A stretch of DNA of 64,000 bases from Psilocybe cubensis (Eukaryota): contig CM038999.1 of the NCBI GenBank assembly GCA_017499595.2, positions 2,914,001 through 2,978,000 of the forward strand, written 5' to 3'. The notes beneath the pieces are model-generated. The model had not been told where the DNA came from. It was given only the letters and a program-made list of their open reading frames with translations, and made no database searches. Numbering within the stretch: position 1 is the first letter of the stretch; each line of letters starts with the position of its first letter. The position numbers were made by a program, and so were the translations under genes. Below, in pieces: positions 1 through 11,794 of the stretch.

Positions 1-2988
1 CAACCCTTTTGGAGATATTAAAGCTCCTCAGATTACAGTTCCGAGCCTTGATGGTCTTCAGAACGTTTCCCTTCCTTCATCATTTACAGATTCCTTAACG
101 AAACTTAATGCGTCACTTCCTTCGATATCCGATCTGAAGGACAAAGTAGAATCTATGTGCGTGCGCGAATATCTCTTCATTTCGATACCATATTTACAGG
201 TTCATACAGCATAGATACACCGTTCGAGCTTCTTAAGAAGGACATCAACGATACCTTCGCAGGTATCAATTTTCAACCTGACGGCCTTCCCGTCCCAGAG
301 CTCAGCACCATCAAATTCTGCGACAATCTCGACACCTCCGTCATTGATGACATCGGCCGTGACTTTATCAAGACTGCAAAAATTGGAGTTGTTGTTCTCG
401 TCCTTCTTGCCCTTCTTCTCATTGGGCTCAACTGTCTCTTGACCTGGTACAAATGGCGTTGCATGAGAAACCATCTCCAGTACACTCGTGAAGCCTGGAT
501 CTCAGACCCTACTATGGTTCATGCGAAGCCAACGTCGTCTTCGCCCCAGATCACCATGAGCGACCATAACTTGATGATGCTCAATGCCAACTCCGAGCAC
601 CCACTTATTACCAGAATCACCAACCAAATTTCTGCTCGCTTCAGGTTGACTCCTGCTCAGCATACACACACCCAATGGTTTTTCAACTATATTTTCCATG
701 CCCCTGCCCTAGCGTGCTTCCTTATCGGCTTCTTTGGCTTGTTGTCTGTTCAGATACAACTTATGGCCATCGGGCCCCTCGTTTCAAAGTACCAGGCTCG
801 CTCACAGTCTACTGTATCAGACTTCTCGAGTATCATTGCTACCAGCATTAACGACAGCATGTACAACCAATCGTCTTTGTATGCCAACGAAGTCAACGGA
901 CAAGTTGCCAGCATCCAATCGACGATCAATGACGGTCTCTTCGGCTGGGTTAACGGCACCACCACCACCCTCAACGCCACAATTAACGGGTTTTACGACG
1001 ACATCCAGAACACCGTCACGACCATTTTTGGCGGCACAATTCTCGAGAGCCCAGTCAATGAATTCCTGAAATGTTTCATAGGTGGCAAGGTCGACGCAAT
1101 CGAGAGTGCGCTCACGTTCTTACACGACAACCTTAAGATCGACATGCCGCGTGTCAACCAGACTGCGCTTGTACTCTCCCCCGACTCAGTTAATGAGGCT
1201 GCGCAGCCAATCGCTGCAGCCGCCATTGGTGGCGGCACAGACGCTGACGGCAACGATGACGGCGGTCTTCTCATTCGGCTCGTCAACTCCTATGCCGCAT
1301 CGCTGAGGAAGGAACGCGTCATGTTTGCCATTTTCATGGGTTTGTGGGGGATCGTCATTCTCATGGGTTTATCCGTTGTACTATGGCACTCAGTTATCCG
1401 CCCCATGCGCGAGAAGAGATCGCGCAGAAAGTGGGAGGCGGAACAGCGCGTTGGACTGGAAAATATTGGGCCATATCCCGCTGGATCGGGTAACGAGAAG
1501 GACGGCAATGGAAATGGAGGAGTGTTTGCCAGGTCGTTCTCGCCGCTGCCTTCTCCAAGGGGTAGCGCGTTCAAGCCTTTCTGGGGGTCGCGCTCAAACT
1601 CACCTGCGGGACAACGCGTGCCGCAGCTGAGCCCCGACGCGTCACAGGAGTCTCTGCCGAGGGGGCAGGAGGCGAGCGCCCTGGCGTCGAGCGAGGAGTT
1701 TGGCGCACACCTACCACCTGCGCAGATGGAGAGAAAGCAGACCGGGGCAGCCAAGTTGTTGGCAGTTGGGAAAAAGGCGGTAAGGAGGGAAAGATTAAAG
1801 AAAGATGGCACAGAGGAGGAGCTGGCAGTGCCACTTTCGCCGACGCTCGTCCATGAACCTAATCGTCGCGCTAATGACAACGATACCAACGCTCCCTGGT
1901 ACACCAGGATCGCTGCTTTGCTTTCAGGGAAAAAGCAAGGCAATGGGGATAACGACTCTTCTCGCAGCAGTGGAAGCGATTATTGGGATCCCACTGCCAT
2001 GGTCCAGGCTGACAAAACACAGGACAAACCAAAGCTACAAGTCTATACGCAGCGAGGGATCGACAAATATGGCCCGCCGCCACCGCAGAGATACCAAACT
2101 CACACTTGGACGCCACCGAACCAAGTCCGAGCACCGTCCCCACCTCAACCACAGACTCAGACGCGCGGACGACGCCAGAGCGCGGCTATTTCATGGCCTC
2201 CTTCACCACCCGTGACACACGCTGACTGGACCCGTGTCATGGCCCCCGCAACGCCGCCCCAGGTCAACGTGTCTCAGCAGCCGGCGATTTCCTCTGTGGC
2301 TGAGTTCAATTTCCCGCCTCCGCCGATCGGTGTTCCTATCATAAATAGGGAGCGACAGCAGGTTGTCAGCGTTCCGAATGATGTTGGGCCTGTATATGAA
2401 GACTCAGTCGCGAGGGCGCCTCCGCATGTAGCGACTACCCCTATTCTACCCGTGCCTCTCTATACCAGCTTTGAGAACCAGACACAACAATCCCAACAGC
2501 AGCGCACGCCGCGCCCACATCCGACATTCCCGCAGCTCGAAGTGGCGGGAAGACGGCGAAAGGGCTCATCCCCGCCGCCACCGCTAAAGTCGCCGCGCAT
2601 GCTGCAGCCCCAATTTGCTCTGTCGCCTCCCCCTCTGCAGGACAAGCACCGACGAGCTTCGTCGACAGGCACAGCTTGGCGCGTAACAAACTTTGTTCCA
2701 GGCGACGCGACTTCGTCTGCACACACCTCGACGGCATCTTTGGCTGCTATGGCACTCGCTCCAAAGGTGTATGCCGGCCAACAGTCGAAGGAAGATATTA
2801 CAACGGCAAGCTCCAATCTGACGAGGCTGTTGACGGCGCCACGACAAGGACATGCGAGACAAAGCTCGAGCATCAACCCGTTTATCACGCCGTTTGATGA
2901 CGAACATCGTGTACAGGTTGTTGATGACCCTGGTGCTGCGGATCTGAGGAAAAGTATGCAGACGAATCCGTTCGTGCATGCTATCTGA
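1..2988 (+). CDS. PRM1: Plasma-membrane fusion protein Prm1, 5' end outside the window
   Basis: Open frame from the window edge, then intron 157-209 (GTGCGT...TACAG) joining ESI|IDTP, then a long exon to TGA at 2988. Hydrophobic TM segments flank an N-glycosylation-rich loop ([10 protein letters not shown]...[36 protein letters not shown]) typical of fungal Prm1, followed by a long Pro-rich tail. Confidence 0.85.
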
Positions 2989-3533
2989 TTTGTGATCCCT
3001 GATTGTTTTGCGTTTCTGTTTCTTGACTTTCATTTGACGTTGATGTCCTTGCTTTCATGAACACATTTCTTACGACCCATTCTTCTTCGATCACTATAGG
3101 TATCTTATTCTTTAATTAATGCAAACGCGCGTATGCGCTCCAAACGACAGCCACTTACCCATCTTGGACCAACTATCATCCATCATCGCATCCATCATCA
3201 CTCATCTCTATGTAGCCTTTTCACCCTGTTGTATTATACCTACCCCACATTTATACTCATGCACACGCGTATATCCAATCTTGTCATTTTTGCCCATACA
3301 CATCATAGTTCGTACTCATCTGGACATCGAGACGATTTTTCAAAATTTGTAGCATCTTGTTTTTCCATGACTTTCTTTTTTTAATAATGATACATAGCTT
3401 ATTGCTCGCTGTACATTTAGATTTTTGGCCTTGAGCCTGACAATCCATCAGCTTGATGAAAGATAAATTTGGAGTTCTGTTCTCGTCAGGTTTCAGATTG
3501 TTTAGAATGACAATGGGATCAAAATGCGCCTTT

Positions 3534-5302
3534 TTACATACACTCATACCCAAGATAAGTTTTACCTACCGCCTTGTCATCATCAAACACGACTGATCTC
3601 AAAGCGCGTTCCATCGCCTCGTAGTTTTCGAACGGTGGGATAAACAAAATATGTTGGGGGACATCAATGTCCCTTAGTGGGAGAGCTTCGCGTTTGACCT
3701 TTTTTCCTGGTATAGTGACGCGTTGGATGTTTCCGTCTGGGGTTTTCATGACTTTGATCAGGTCACTCGCGGGTATGCGCACGCTTCCCGTTACATAGGT
3801 AAATAGCGCTCGTTGTTCCTCAGGAGCCCATGAGCCGGCAATTTTCCAGAACCAATCCAGGTGAATATCGGATTTAGAAGAAATTGAAGAGCCATTAACA
3901 GCCATGGAGTCCTTGTCAGTGCGTTTTTCGATTTTTTCATCGAACATGGTGTATGTTGCACAGTATTCTCTTGAAGAACTCGTCAGAACAGCAGACAGGC
4001 AAACGAAGATTATTCCTCCACTTACTTCTGAAGTGTGGTCACTCTTCCAAATAGCCGTTCCAGTTCAATGAGGGAATACCCTTCAAACATCTGACGATCT
4101 ACCACATTACAAAAGCCAAGTAAAAGGTAGTCTTTTGGGTCAAGTATCTTGGTATGTCCAAAATTAACGGGATTTCGTTCGGTGACTGGGCTAATGCGGG
4201 TGAGATCGCCATGTAAGATTGAGGCCAGTCTAGGGTCCACGAAAAACCCATGGAATACAGCCATCCCACAAAGCCATCCATATTTATGACAGAAAACCAT
4301 TAAGATACGTGTCCAAAGTGATCTCTTGAGTTTTTTAAAAGAACCGGTATCGTCTATCTCGAAGGGTCCATCTTCCTGCAGCAAATCATCTCGTACCAAA
4401 TCGAGCCATTCTCTGAGGTAACAACACGGTAAAATAAGTTACGATTACATCCTTCGCAAACTGGTATATGCTTACTGGACAGGCTCTTTGCAATCCAAAT
4501 CATCCTTAAACGTCACGCGAGGATAGCGACGCAGAGAGGCCCTTGGTGTCTCCTGTATTTTCCTGAGAAACGCAAAGGTATCTTTACGGATGACGCTCTT
4601 TCGCACGCTTATTTCAGAGGCTCCTTCTTGAATTCTGATAGAATTTCTTCTATTGAAGAATAAAATCTTGCGCATGAAGATATCCAAAGGGTCTGTCGCA
4701 AACATATTTTGCATTGGGTCGTCCCAAGTCGCAGTTAAATTGTTATAGTCAACAAAATACGGCCTGCCTTCTTCGTCGAATCTCTTGCTCCATCCAGGAG
4801 GACTCCTTGGATCGGTCCAACTTTGGGTCTGAGTATTGCGATTGACGAAACATATCCGAGAATCTGTGGTTACACCAGTCACCCATCCAGTAGGTAAATC
4901 TTTGAGGTTACGATTTTTGTCGCCGAGATCCAAGGTTGTTGGCTTGCTTTTCCATAACGTGGTCCTCGTGTAATTATTGGCATAGAATTTGCGATTCGCG
5001 CTGTCTATGCAAGGTACCCACCCAGTAGGTAGAGGTGTGCCATCTGTGTCGAGGGATGCATTGTTATCAAATACTGGTAACAAAGGTTTTTGAACAGGTT
5101 TCGATATTGATCCTTCTGTGTCCTCAGTTGTACTGGGTTTCCTCTCCTTGTGAGATGGTGCCCTTGTAAACCTGTTTGAGCGAAGTTGAGGCCAAGTGGA
5201 GCTGAGTCGTAGGCGACAACTGTTCAAACAGGAGGCCAAGCGATTAATTGGCCGTTTGAATCGAAAACTAAAGCCGAGTTCTGATGTTTCAAGGTATACC
5301 AT
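3534..5302 (-). CDS. Rsp5/NEDD4-derived 3xWW + truncated pseudo-HECT protein, copy 1
   Basis: Exons about 5302-4476, 4412-4026 and 3975-3534 with GTAAG donors and AG acceptors. Three WW repeats (LPTGW...W), a HECT-like QEWL motif, GMAVFHGFFVD, and WFWKIAGSWAPEEQRALFTYVTGSVRIP. The catalytic HTCFN motif is replaced by DVPQH. Confidence 0.85.
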
Positions 5303-5544
5303 GAAGGATTGAACGATACAATACTAACCAGTTCACTTGGGTTAAATAGGTAGAAAGGCTATAGAGAGGAACCACTAACCTTGTGTAACAGGTATTAATA
5401 GCGGATCCGTTGAACCCCGATACAACTTGGTGTGCATCGCCAGTCGCAAACCTCGATTACTTGTTAGGAGATCTGAGAACAATGACTTGTCCCAAATCAT
5501 CCTTCTAAGATGACATCAATTTCTTTGATATCAAAATTAGATCG

Positions 5545-6482
5545 CTACTCACCTATTTGTTGTATCTTGCAGTCCTGTTCAAAATCAGTTGCTAGATTGG
5601 GTTTAATTATAACACAGCTCAGTATCTGAAGCAACACATCAAATAAGTTCGAGCATTGATAGAATAATATGGTAACAAAAAAAAAGAAAAGGAAGAGCCC
5701 ATAGACAAAGACAAACTTTGCACAGACCATGTTCCTAGAATCTTTGCTTTGATTACAATTTATTACGCAAGATCAACCCGAGTAGAACTCCTACATACAT
5801 CAAACACTGTACCGCAAGGGTTAGCAGATGGACTGCAAACCGGGTGCTGGGATGCATTTCGGAAGACTGGATCAGTTATTGGCAGTTATTCTAATCACTG
5901 ACCAATATTGTCAAGGCAAAGAATGATTATAGGTCTCAGATACCCGTCCGAAGCGTAAACACAAAAGTTGATACATGGGGCAGAATGGAACGCAGCCTCG
6001 ATACCAACAAGAGCGATGTTTTGAGCAGGATACAGCCGAGTTCATTTTTGTGGTATTTTGACAATGACACAGGTTCTATTCGTTGTCAACAGGTGGCTGA
6101 ATAACGCGAAGCGGCCGTGGAGTAAGATAAATCCAAAGTGTACGAGATCTAGAAGATATGCTGGCACAAATAGGCGCACGTCGGAGTGATCAAAGTCAGC
6201 ACGAAAGATAAATCTTTGGAACCCTTGCAATCGTCACGATTGAGTTGATACAGGACGTCCGGGCCTTCCCAAACATAGTTGAGATAGAACACGAATATTC
6301 CCCAAATCCACCCGTTATGACAATGATTGATGTTAATCCTGAGTGTTAAATTTGAATGAGTATGAAAAAGTTTGCGCAATTGAAATGAAAACGAATGAGC
6401 AAGTTCCAACTTACCAAGTGATAATGCATGATTTCGGTCATGGAAATGGGGTTTGTATTAAATTGCTGAATTGTTCCAAGTT
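5545..6482 (-). pseudogene. 5'-truncated, frameshifted copy of the multi-TM membrane protein gene at 9347-11009
   Basis: Nucleotide and peptide similarity to 9350-10290 (YVWEGPDVL vs YVWGSPDIL; VRLFVPAYLLDLVHFGFILLH vs MRLFASAFVLIFVYFGFILLR). A 1-nt deletion near 6213 and the first two exons are missing. Confidence 0.75.
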
Positions 6483-6527
6483 CAAGATGATCGGAAACCC
6501 GCTCGTACTTGTCATGTCAAATATTCA

Positions 6528-6723
6528 TGCTAGGTCGTTCAAGCCATTCTGGGTCGTGTTCAAACACAATACGGGGCAACGCGTGTCGTAGATAACCCAG
6601 ACGTGTCACAGGAGTCTCTGCCCAGGGAGCAGGAGGCGAGCGCGTTAGCGTCGAGCAAAATCTTTGGCGCGCACCTGCCGCCTGCAGAGGTAGAGAAAAA
6701 GCAAACAGAGCGGCCAAGTTGTT
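6528..6723 (+). pseudogene. Decayed internal fragment of PRM1 (matches about 1527-1760)
   Basis: About 80% identical by eye to the PRM1 tail region (e.g. gtcacaggagtctctgcc, gcaggaggcgagcgc, gccaagttgtt). Has an in-frame TAG at 6589-6591 and small indels. Confidence 0.9.
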
Positions 6724-7146
6724 CGAGATTGAGTACTTGGATTGGACTCGCAACGGTATAGTACATGCCGCACTACCTCTGTTAGGCATGTCACGAAACA
6801 ACGCGTAACGCGCTGCTTGAGATTTCTCTCTGGCCAACTATGATCCATCATCATTTCCATCCATCTATCCAGTTTCATCGCTCATCCTTCACCGCTGTAC
6901 CAAATTGTATTTATCTCTTTCCAATCGTCTACATGCACTGTAATTCATGCTCATCTTGCCGTCCAGGTGATTTGTAAAAAAATTGTAGCATCCTGATTTA
7001 CTCTTTTTGATAATGTTACATAGCTCATTGCTCGGTGTACGCATACGGTAATTATATAAATATAACAGGCACTATGAATGCGCAATAGATGCTTTACCAT
7101 CAGCAGAATCTATAAAAATGAACTTCTCTTCACGACTAGTCTCTGA

Positions 7147-8986
7147 TTATTGCTTTATGATAGATCCTTCACGGACCTTCTGGGTCGATTGCACTCCCCC
7201 CCTCCCCCCCATACACACATCCTTACGGGAAGTTTTATCTATCTCATCATCCACATCAAATACAATTGATCTCAAAGTGCGTTCCATCTCTTCATAGTCG
7301 TCGAACGGTGGGATAAACAAAATATGTTGGGGGACATCATCATCCCTCACTGGCAAAGCCCCCCGTTTGAGCTTGTTCCCTGGAACACTAACTCGCTGGA
7401 TGCCCCCGTCTGGGGTTTTCATAATTTTGATCAGGTCTGTCGCGGGTACACGCACGCTGCCCGTTACGTAGACAAATATTGCTTGTTGTCCTTCAGGAGC
7501 CCAGGAGCTGGCAATTTTCCAGAACCAATCCAGATGGATATCGGATTCGGAAGAGACTGAAGATGCATTGACTGCTGTGGAGTCCTTGTCGCTGCCCGTT
7601 CCAATTTTTTCATCGGATATGGTGTACGTTGCACAGTACTCTCTAGAAGAAAGTACTCGTCAGAACAGCAGAAAGGTAAATGAAGATTATTCTCCCGCTT
7701 ACTTGTGAAGTGTGGTCACTCCTCCAAATAGCCGTTCCAGTTCAATTAGGGAATACCCCTTCAATGACCGGCGGTCTATCACATCATAGAAACCACGGAG
7801 AAACGAGCCCTGGGGGTCGGTTATATAACTGTGACTGGACATCTGAGCGTTTTGTTCAGTAATGGCGCCATTGCAGCTTAGATTGCGATGTAAGATTGTG
7901 ATCAATCTAGGGTCCACCAAGTATCCATGGAAGACTGCCATGCCATAAATCCACCCGACGTAAGTAAAGACTTTGAAGAAACTGGGTGTACTGAATGATG
8001 TGTTGATTTCTAAAAACCCGTTACCGTCTAGCACGAAGAACCCAAGGCGAGGCTCGAACAAAACATCTAGCAGCAAATTAAGCCATTCTCTGAAGTAACA
8101 ATCCGATGAAGATAAGCTAAGGTTACATTCTTCGCAAACTGTTATATGCTTACTGGACAGGCTCTTCGCAATCCGGATCATCCTTAAACGTGACATGAGG
8201 ATAGCGACGCAAAATATTCCTTGGTTTCTTGATTTTGCTGAGCACTGAAAAGGTGTCTGGGACAATGTAGCCCTTTCGAATTCTAATTTCAAAGACTCCT
8301 CGCCGAGTTTTGTTACAATGTTTCCTGTTCAGAAATAAAACCTTGCGCATATACATAGACAACGGGTCTGTCGAGAACGTCGTTTGCCTAGGGTCATCCC
8401 ACGTCGTGGTTCTACTGCTATGGTCAACAAAATACGGCCTGCACTTATGGTCGTATCGCTTTTCCCATCCGGATGGAAGTCTTGGGTCGGTCCATGTTGT
8501 AGTCTGAGTGATGTGATCAATGAAATATATCTGGGAACTTTCGGTTACTCCAATCGCCCATCCAGGAGGCAACTCTTCAAGGTCTGGATTTTCCTTGGAA
8601 ACATCGGAGGCCATCGGCGTACCTTTCCATAGGGTGGTTCTGGTGTGATGATTGGCATAAAATCTGCGATTTGTGCCGTCTATGCAAAGTACCCACCCAG
8701 TGGGTAGAGGTACATTGTCTGAGTTGGGGGACATGTTGTTGTCAAGTGACGATAGCAAGGAAGTTTTATCTGCGTAAACGGGCATTGGATCTGATCCTTC
8801 TACATGCATTCTTGTACCGGGTTTCCGCTTTTTTGGAAATTGTGCCTGCGAAAATCCCTTTGAACGAAGTCGAGGCCATGTGAAGATAAAACGTAGGCCG
8901 CAACCACTCAACCCAACGGCTACACGTATTAGTGGCCGCTTGAATCGAGAACTGGAGCTACGTTTTGATGATCCAAGTTGTAGCAT
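7147..8986 (-). CDS. Rsp5/NEDD4-derived 3xWW + truncated pseudo-HECT protein, copy 2
   Basis: ATG at 8986 has the same CCTTCATG context as copy 1. Three WW domains and the same two intron positions as copy 1 (PVQ|EWL, LHK|E). HECT-like motifs [26 protein letters not shown] and [14 protein letters not shown]. The extreme C-terminus is uncertain. Confidence 0.85.
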
Positions 8987-9346
8987 GAAGGATGGAACAA
9001 TACTATGTGTGGACTGATTCACTTGGGTTAAATAGGTAGAAAGGCTATATGTAAGAGCCACTTGAACTTTGATATATTCATAGCAGATTTGTTGAACACC
9101 GATATGGCGGTGTGCATCGCCAGTCGTGAGCCCCGATCGCTGGCGGCCAGGAGATGTAAGAACAGTGACTCGTCCCAACTCGTCTTTCTGAGATGATATC
9201 AGTATGATAGATTCCAAAATTAGATTATTATTCATCTATTCATTGTACAGTCCTGTGTAAGAAAGACTGCTGCGAGGAGGTCTAACACGTCTGAGTATGG
9301 ATGTTAACTATCAGTGCGTTAAATAATCCAAGGAAAGTCACATACA

Positions 9347-11009
9347 TCATATAAGTTTGAACATTGATAAAATAACCATAAACATCACGAAAAAGAGCCC
9401 GAAGAAAACGAACAGTCCAAGGGCAGAAACAATGATTGCGCCGACTATGCTTCCAAAATTCCAGATTTTGGTTCGACTATCATATATTGCGTATGACAAT
9501 CCAACTAGGACACCTAGATACATCAGACAGACCACAAGCGCTAGGAGATGACCACAATGTGGACCGTGTACTTGAATGTAGTTCGGAGGGCTACATCAGA
9601 AATTTTCAGCGAGTTCAATCTCCGACGAAGATGGGGAATTACCTACAAGGTAAAGACCAATCATTTAGATGTTTGAATCGCCTCCGATTTGTTTCCCTCA
9701 GGTTTGTATCAAAGATTGATACGGATTTTAAAATGGAATGTAGCCTCAAGGCCAACATGAACACCATTCTAAACAAAGCATGCTTCAAAGCGTTGTAGAG
9801 GTATGTAGCCAATGATACCAATTTGCCCATGATAGGTGGTGGAATTATACGAAGTGACCGCCGGAGTAAGATAAACCCAAAGTATACGAAGATTAGAACA
9901 AAAGGCTGACGCAAATAAGCGCATGGAGTGGTAAAAGCCAGAACGAAAGACAAATTCTTTGGAGTCCTTGGAATCATGGCGACTGGGCTTTTCCAAGATA
10001 TCCGGGCTTCCCCAAACATAGTAGAACCCGAACACCGATATTCCCAAGATACATGCCAAAGAAATAGTTATGCCAATGCTTGACATTAATCCTGGGTGTT
10101 AGATTAGAATAAGTATGAAAAGAATTTGCGCAATTAAAAACGAAACAACGCAGGGCATCAACTTACCAAGCGATAAGGCACGTTTTCGGTCGTAAAGATA
10201 GAATGAGGGCCATATTCGAGCGTTGTTGTTATATTCATAGAGTCCAAGAATATAAAATCTGTTGTATCAAATTGCTGAGATTTCCCAAGTTTGCTGCAAT
10301 TGAAAAATTCACCCACATTGTGGTTGTAGGCACGGCGAATGTCCAGTCCATCCAATTCATAACGACTGACTGATTAGTAAAATACGCCAGCATTGCCTTC
10401 GACAGTCCAAATGTCGACACAGTTGTGCACACAAGAAGTTGATAATAAGTGAATAATGGGTGCGATGCATACGCATGAAGATCATGTACACATTCCTTAG
10501 AAGAGTATCTTGGCCGCTTAAAAGTGAACAAGAACTCGAAGGTTGACCATACACAGTTCAAGCTTTCTACTTCGAAAAACCAAGCAAGACAGTTTGGGAG
10601 GTTTGATTGGCCTCGATCGATGGAGTCGTAGGAGCTCACACTAAAAAAGCTGTTATAGACCATGAATGTCAGAAATCCTTGAAATTGATAATACAGCGTT
10701 TGATACCACCACCTACATTGTAGCGATAACAGTCCCTGCCGCCCATTCGAGAGTAGTCGATATGAAAGTGTTTCCAGTTTGAAACGATATCGCCTTTGCC
10801 GTTCCGAAGGCGATCGTCGTCGTGATCACGGATAAACGATACGCAGAGACTTTTGGGTGCCAGCGACCATCATCTTGGTTGTATGCCGCCGATTCTGACG
10901 GTGTATTGTCTCCAACGTTGTCGATGAGTAAAGTCATGTTGCCGTTAGGCGCCTTTGCAGCGTTGTTTGTTCCTTTAATATTGCAATGCTTCAGCGAGCT
11001 CCAAGCCAT
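9347..11009 (-). CDS. Uncharacterised multi-pass membrane protein with an internally repeated TM unit; one apparent +1 frameshift (pseudogene or sequence error)
   Basis: Spliced exons encode HPKVSAYRLSVITTTIAFGTAKAISFQTGNTFISTTLEWAAG and the repeat HPLFTYYQLLVCTTVSTFGLSKAMLAYFTNQSVVMNWMDWTFA, each followed by an intron at the equivalent position. Further hydrophobic helices run to 9347. An extra base lies in the A4 run at 9900-9903. Confidence 0.65.
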
Positions 11010-11794
11010 AGCGCCTGATCCGACCGTATAGGAAGAGAAAAAGAGTTAACAAGGAGCTGGTGGCGGTCGGTGACATATGTAGCCTTGAAAGCATGTCATT
11101 TCTGTAGCCCCGATTAGTCTGCTGTCTGCTGTCCAAGTATGACTTTCCAAGTATGAAGAGAAGATATAAGGGGCTGTGACCAAGTAGACGTGCAAAAGAC
11201 CATTAATCAATAGTATGCGAGTGTGTGTCTCTGTGTGGCGAGGTTCATAGGTTTTATAGGTTTTTGGTACGTTCAGATTTGTGGTTTAAGCAAGAAACAA
11301 AAACACCTTCGGGTTGGACAACAAGCCCCCCTAAAAAGGAAATAACCGCGGAAAGGCCTCAGGGGTACATGAAAGCTAGTAGCGGGGTTTTGGCGGGGTT
11401 GTAGCATAAATTTAGATGGCTGGGACTGAGAACACTGATACTTTGGGCGTGAACAAAAGTACAAGTTAATTCATCCTTGTATCTGGCTCCCTCAAAGTAC
11501 GACCAAATTTGACCAGCCTCGAGCCGTGATTTCCAACACTGCTGGCAGTGGATTCTAACTGTTAGCGTTGTGAAATCGTCGAAACAACTCAGCGCATCTG
11601 CTATTGGACAGTAACTGTGTCCTCTGAGTTGTGTGGTCTCCCGATACAAAATCAGCAATGAAAATATAAAGTTCTTTCAGAATGAACAATGAAGACCATA
11701 TGTTGCTTCAAATAGGCATGTATGCAAGTTCCATGATATGATGATAGTAAAGTCGTGTCGAGTTTAAAGCCTCTCTATATCAGCTATATGCTGA

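Larger units (their letters stand above)
6528..10292. repeat. Second unit of a tandem segmental duplication (first unit about 1527-6482): PRM1 3' part, 3' flank, WW-pseudoHECT gene and 3' part of the TM gene
   Basis: Collinear similarity: 6528-6723 to 1527-1760, 6790-7040 to 3120-3415, 7250-9230 to 3580-5540, and 9350-10290 to 5680-6482. Confidence 0.85.

Noticed and set aside
6528-6723. Possible RIP or methylation-driven mutation signature in the PRM1 relic
   Set aside because: About half of the differences are C>T/G>A, but they show no consistent dinucleotide context and several CpGs survive. The sample is too small to support a claim.
8987-9235. N-terminal extension of the 361-aa ORF 8150..9235
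   Set aside because: The homologous region upstream of copy 1 (about 5303-5545) is not open, and both copies share an ATG in the same context at 8986/5302. It is more likely promoter or UTR.
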